In this document: piece after piece, positions 61,631 to 64,000 of the stretch
How the letters are laid out: every line of letters starts with the position of its first letter
Position numbering within the stretch: position 1 is the stretch's first letter
Assembly (NCBI GenBank): GCA_964036045.1
Contig: OZ038378.1
Coordinates: forward strand, 197,904,001 to 197,968,000
Length of the DNA stretch: 64,000 nucleotides
DNA from: Eutreptiella sp. 'Long Island Sound 2002'
Taxonomy: Eukaryota; Protista; Euglenida
Direction: 5' to 3'
Notes under the pieces: generated by a model
What the model was told of the DNA's origin: nothing
The model's database searches: none
The model's input: the letters and a program-made list of their open reading frames with translations, nothing else
Translations under genes and position numbers: made by a program

Positions 61631-62319
61631 GTTCGGGTGCAAAGTGGACAAAATTTTCCTTCGGGCACCTTTGGTGTTCATGGAGCGTCGGGCGCCTTTG
61701 GCGCCCATGGACGCCTGAGGGCGACACCTTTGGCAACTAACTGTTGGCCGGAGGCCCCTAGGGGGGGGGGGGGGGAGGGGTAGTTGGCGTCCTAGGACCC
61801 GCGGAGTCGCCCCCCCCAGGAGGTGTGTGGAACGACAGCTGAACGACGCAAATGGCCAACAGGTACAAGACCCAGGTGAGCAATTTGGAAATCAGAGCCG
61901 TAAGGCATGGCACCGCACGAGTAAAACTGGAAAATGTTGGCATGATGCTGCATCTGGGACCATCATTTGTACTATATGCCTTACTCCTTGATCCGGGCTG
62001 TTGCCCAAGAGCTCACATTGAAGTTGATGGGCAGTTTGAGTCAGATCAAAAAAAGCGTGCATATCACATTGTGCGCGCTTGTCTCTGTGGAGTCCCGTGA
62101 TGTGTCAAGGGAGGATCGCGAGGTTCATACCTGACCCTTGGGCCCGTGGATCCATCTGTATCCGTGGATGCCTGTGCATCCCGATCACATTTCGTGGGCA
62201 GTGGATGGCATACATGCATTGGCCTCTGTTTCCAGAAGGAGGGAGGGGTTGACAGAGCTTGTGTTGCTTGTACAGTGTGGCACGCATTGTACAGTGCATG
62301 TTGTATGTGCAAGTGCAAC

Positions 62320-62772
62320 CTGGAGCAGCTCCGTCACTTTCTCGTCACTCTCGGATTTGGTCTTCAGCCTCTGAACTTCTGCCTCCAGCCGTGCCTTCGC
62401 AATCTCCGTTTCCTCTCGAGAGGCCTGGGCTGCCAGGAGCTGTGCCTCAACGGACAGCTTCTGGGCTAGAGCCTCCTGCAGTTGCTGGCACTGGCCCATT
62501 ACGCGCTGCTCGGTCTGCTCGTAAAACATCCGCACGTCCGAAGCCTCCTTCGCACCGTGGGCCTCGAGTGAGGCCTGAGCCTCAACAAGGGCTTCCTGTT
62601 TGCGCTGCAGCTCCATCTGCAGTGCATTGTACCCCTGCATCAGTCTGTCGATGGTCTTTTTATCAGACAGGGGGCCCGCAGTGGCAAATACCTCCAGGGC
62701 TTCAAGCTGAGCCTGCGTCAGGCAGTCGCCCAACAAGAACTCGGTGTCGCCAATGACAACACGGCGGGCCAT
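62320..62772 (-). CDS. Exon 1 (151 codons from ATG 62772) of the coiled-coil/PDZ gene
   Basis: ccttcatgcag|CATCC ATG GCC: an AG lies 5 nt before the ATG. Heptad-rich frame ending CTC CAG|GTTGCA, phase 0, compatible with exon 2. Confidence 0.85.
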
Positions 62773-63083
62773 GGATGCTGCATGAAGGGTGTGTTGTGCA
62801 ACACACTGCATTTCCACCCAGGTCCCAAGTTTTAGATGTGTACTTTGGATAAGAGGGAGTGTTTGCCCCGCGTGCCACTTTCAGGTCACCTGGATCCCCA
62901 TAAGAATACAGATGAAGGATGCAAGAGCAACAAGCTACCTAAACCCTGCTGTATTGGGGGCTCGGAATCAGGGAATGCACTGCAGTCTCAGGTCCCCTCA
63001 TGGTCTTTCTGGTCCACTTGGGTGCTGAGGTTCAATTTAAAAAAATATCATTCATTTTGTGGTTGGACTTAGCGGACAACACC

Positions 63084-63084
<1 letters not shown>

Positions 63085-63128
<44 letters not shown>

Positions 63129-63163
63129 GCACGCACGCACGCACGCACACGCGCACGTGCGCG

Positions 63164-63221
<58 letters not shown>
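63085..63221. repeat. (CA)n/(CACG)n microsatellite
   Basis: Direct reading. Confidence 0.97.
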
Positions 63222-63330
63222 AGGGGGGGGGGGGGAAATGCGGTCGCCGGGATTGGCAAAAAATGCGGAAAAATGCGGAAAAAATGCGGAAAATGCGGCA
63301 AAAAATGCGATAGAAAATGCGGTTTGGTTA
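63221..63330 (+). mobile_element. End of a MITE related to 14263-14977
   Basis: cagggggggg..aaatgcggtc followed by (aaaaatgcgg)n subterminal repeats. Confidence 0.6.
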
Positions 63331-64000
63331 GAATGGTGTTTGCCCCTCAAAACCCCTATGTTTCGTCTCGTCTTGCACAATTGGGCGCTCAAAGCATGGA
63401 CGGTTTGATGGAACAACTTAGTGCAGTAGTTCAACTCAAGAATATCACGGACTAGGCTCAAAACAGCTAGGGGCAGAAGCTGCAGCTGCTTGGTCAGGCC
63501 AGACTGCTGAATATCCACGCCGCATCAGGTGCTCCCCCATTGACCCAAACCGCCGGGCTCCCTGGGGGCCATGATGCAACGGATACTGGGCTCGCATACG
63601 CCCCCGTGTCACAGGCGCATGGTCATCACCACAATCAGTGCATTGTTCTGCTGCACTGCAGCACATCCAGGCTCCCTGGGGGGGAGGGGGGTATACCCGA
63701 ACATACATACCTCAAAATGATCCCCATGACACGCTGTTCATTTTGAATATACACAACTAGGGGAAAAAATTTTCAAAAAAAATTTGCCCATCAACTCAAG
63801 CTCCCATCAGCGAAGGTCCGACCCGGAGGTCGGGTCGAGTCAATGTCCTTTTTTGTGTTTTTCATCCATTTTTGAATTCTCCACAAAATTCTGAATATTT
63901 TGAGCATAGACACATAGGGTCAAACAAAAAAATTTCCCCCTGCCATCTGCCTAAAAAAAAACCTCCGGCAACAACTGACTACAAGACAATGCCACTAGAA

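Noticed and set aside
63032-63518. His/Thr- and Cys/Val-repeat ORFs
   Set aside because: Translations of the (CA)n microsatellite.

Overview
Repeat-dense eukaryotic genomic DNA with multi-kb GT-AG introns and very frequent G/C homopolymer runs. A euglenozoan (euglenid-like) host is my inference, not proven. (1) 1-~5608: a tyrosine-recombinase (YR) retrotransposon, truncated at the window start, with gag - YR - RT/RNase H order as in kinetoplastid VIPER/TATE. It carries an extra intact ORF after RNase H and a putative split-direct-repeat 3' end. gag, the YR N-terminus and the pol N-terminus are disrupted, while RT/RH and the extra ORF are open. (2) ~5.6-44 kb: MITE-like TIR elements, mini/microsatellites and decayed, often spliced, coding relics (a DDE-transposase-like fragment and possible YR/Crypton-like fragments), including an AT-richer ~29-42 kb block. 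(3) 44862-45291 (-): a probable exon with KEN-box, D-box-like and SP/TP motifs. (4) 47213-62772 (-): a four-exon host gene that I assembled by hand (~695 aa, long coiled coil plus C-terminal PDZ-like domain). Its first intron holds a head-to-tail array of three 1.2-1.7 kb elements with asymmetric terminal inverted repeats, sitting in telomere-like sequence and resembling non-autonomous Helentron/DINE-type rolling-circle elements. I found no rRNA, bona fide tRNA or CRISPR array. All protein family calls are motif recognition by eye, without database searches.
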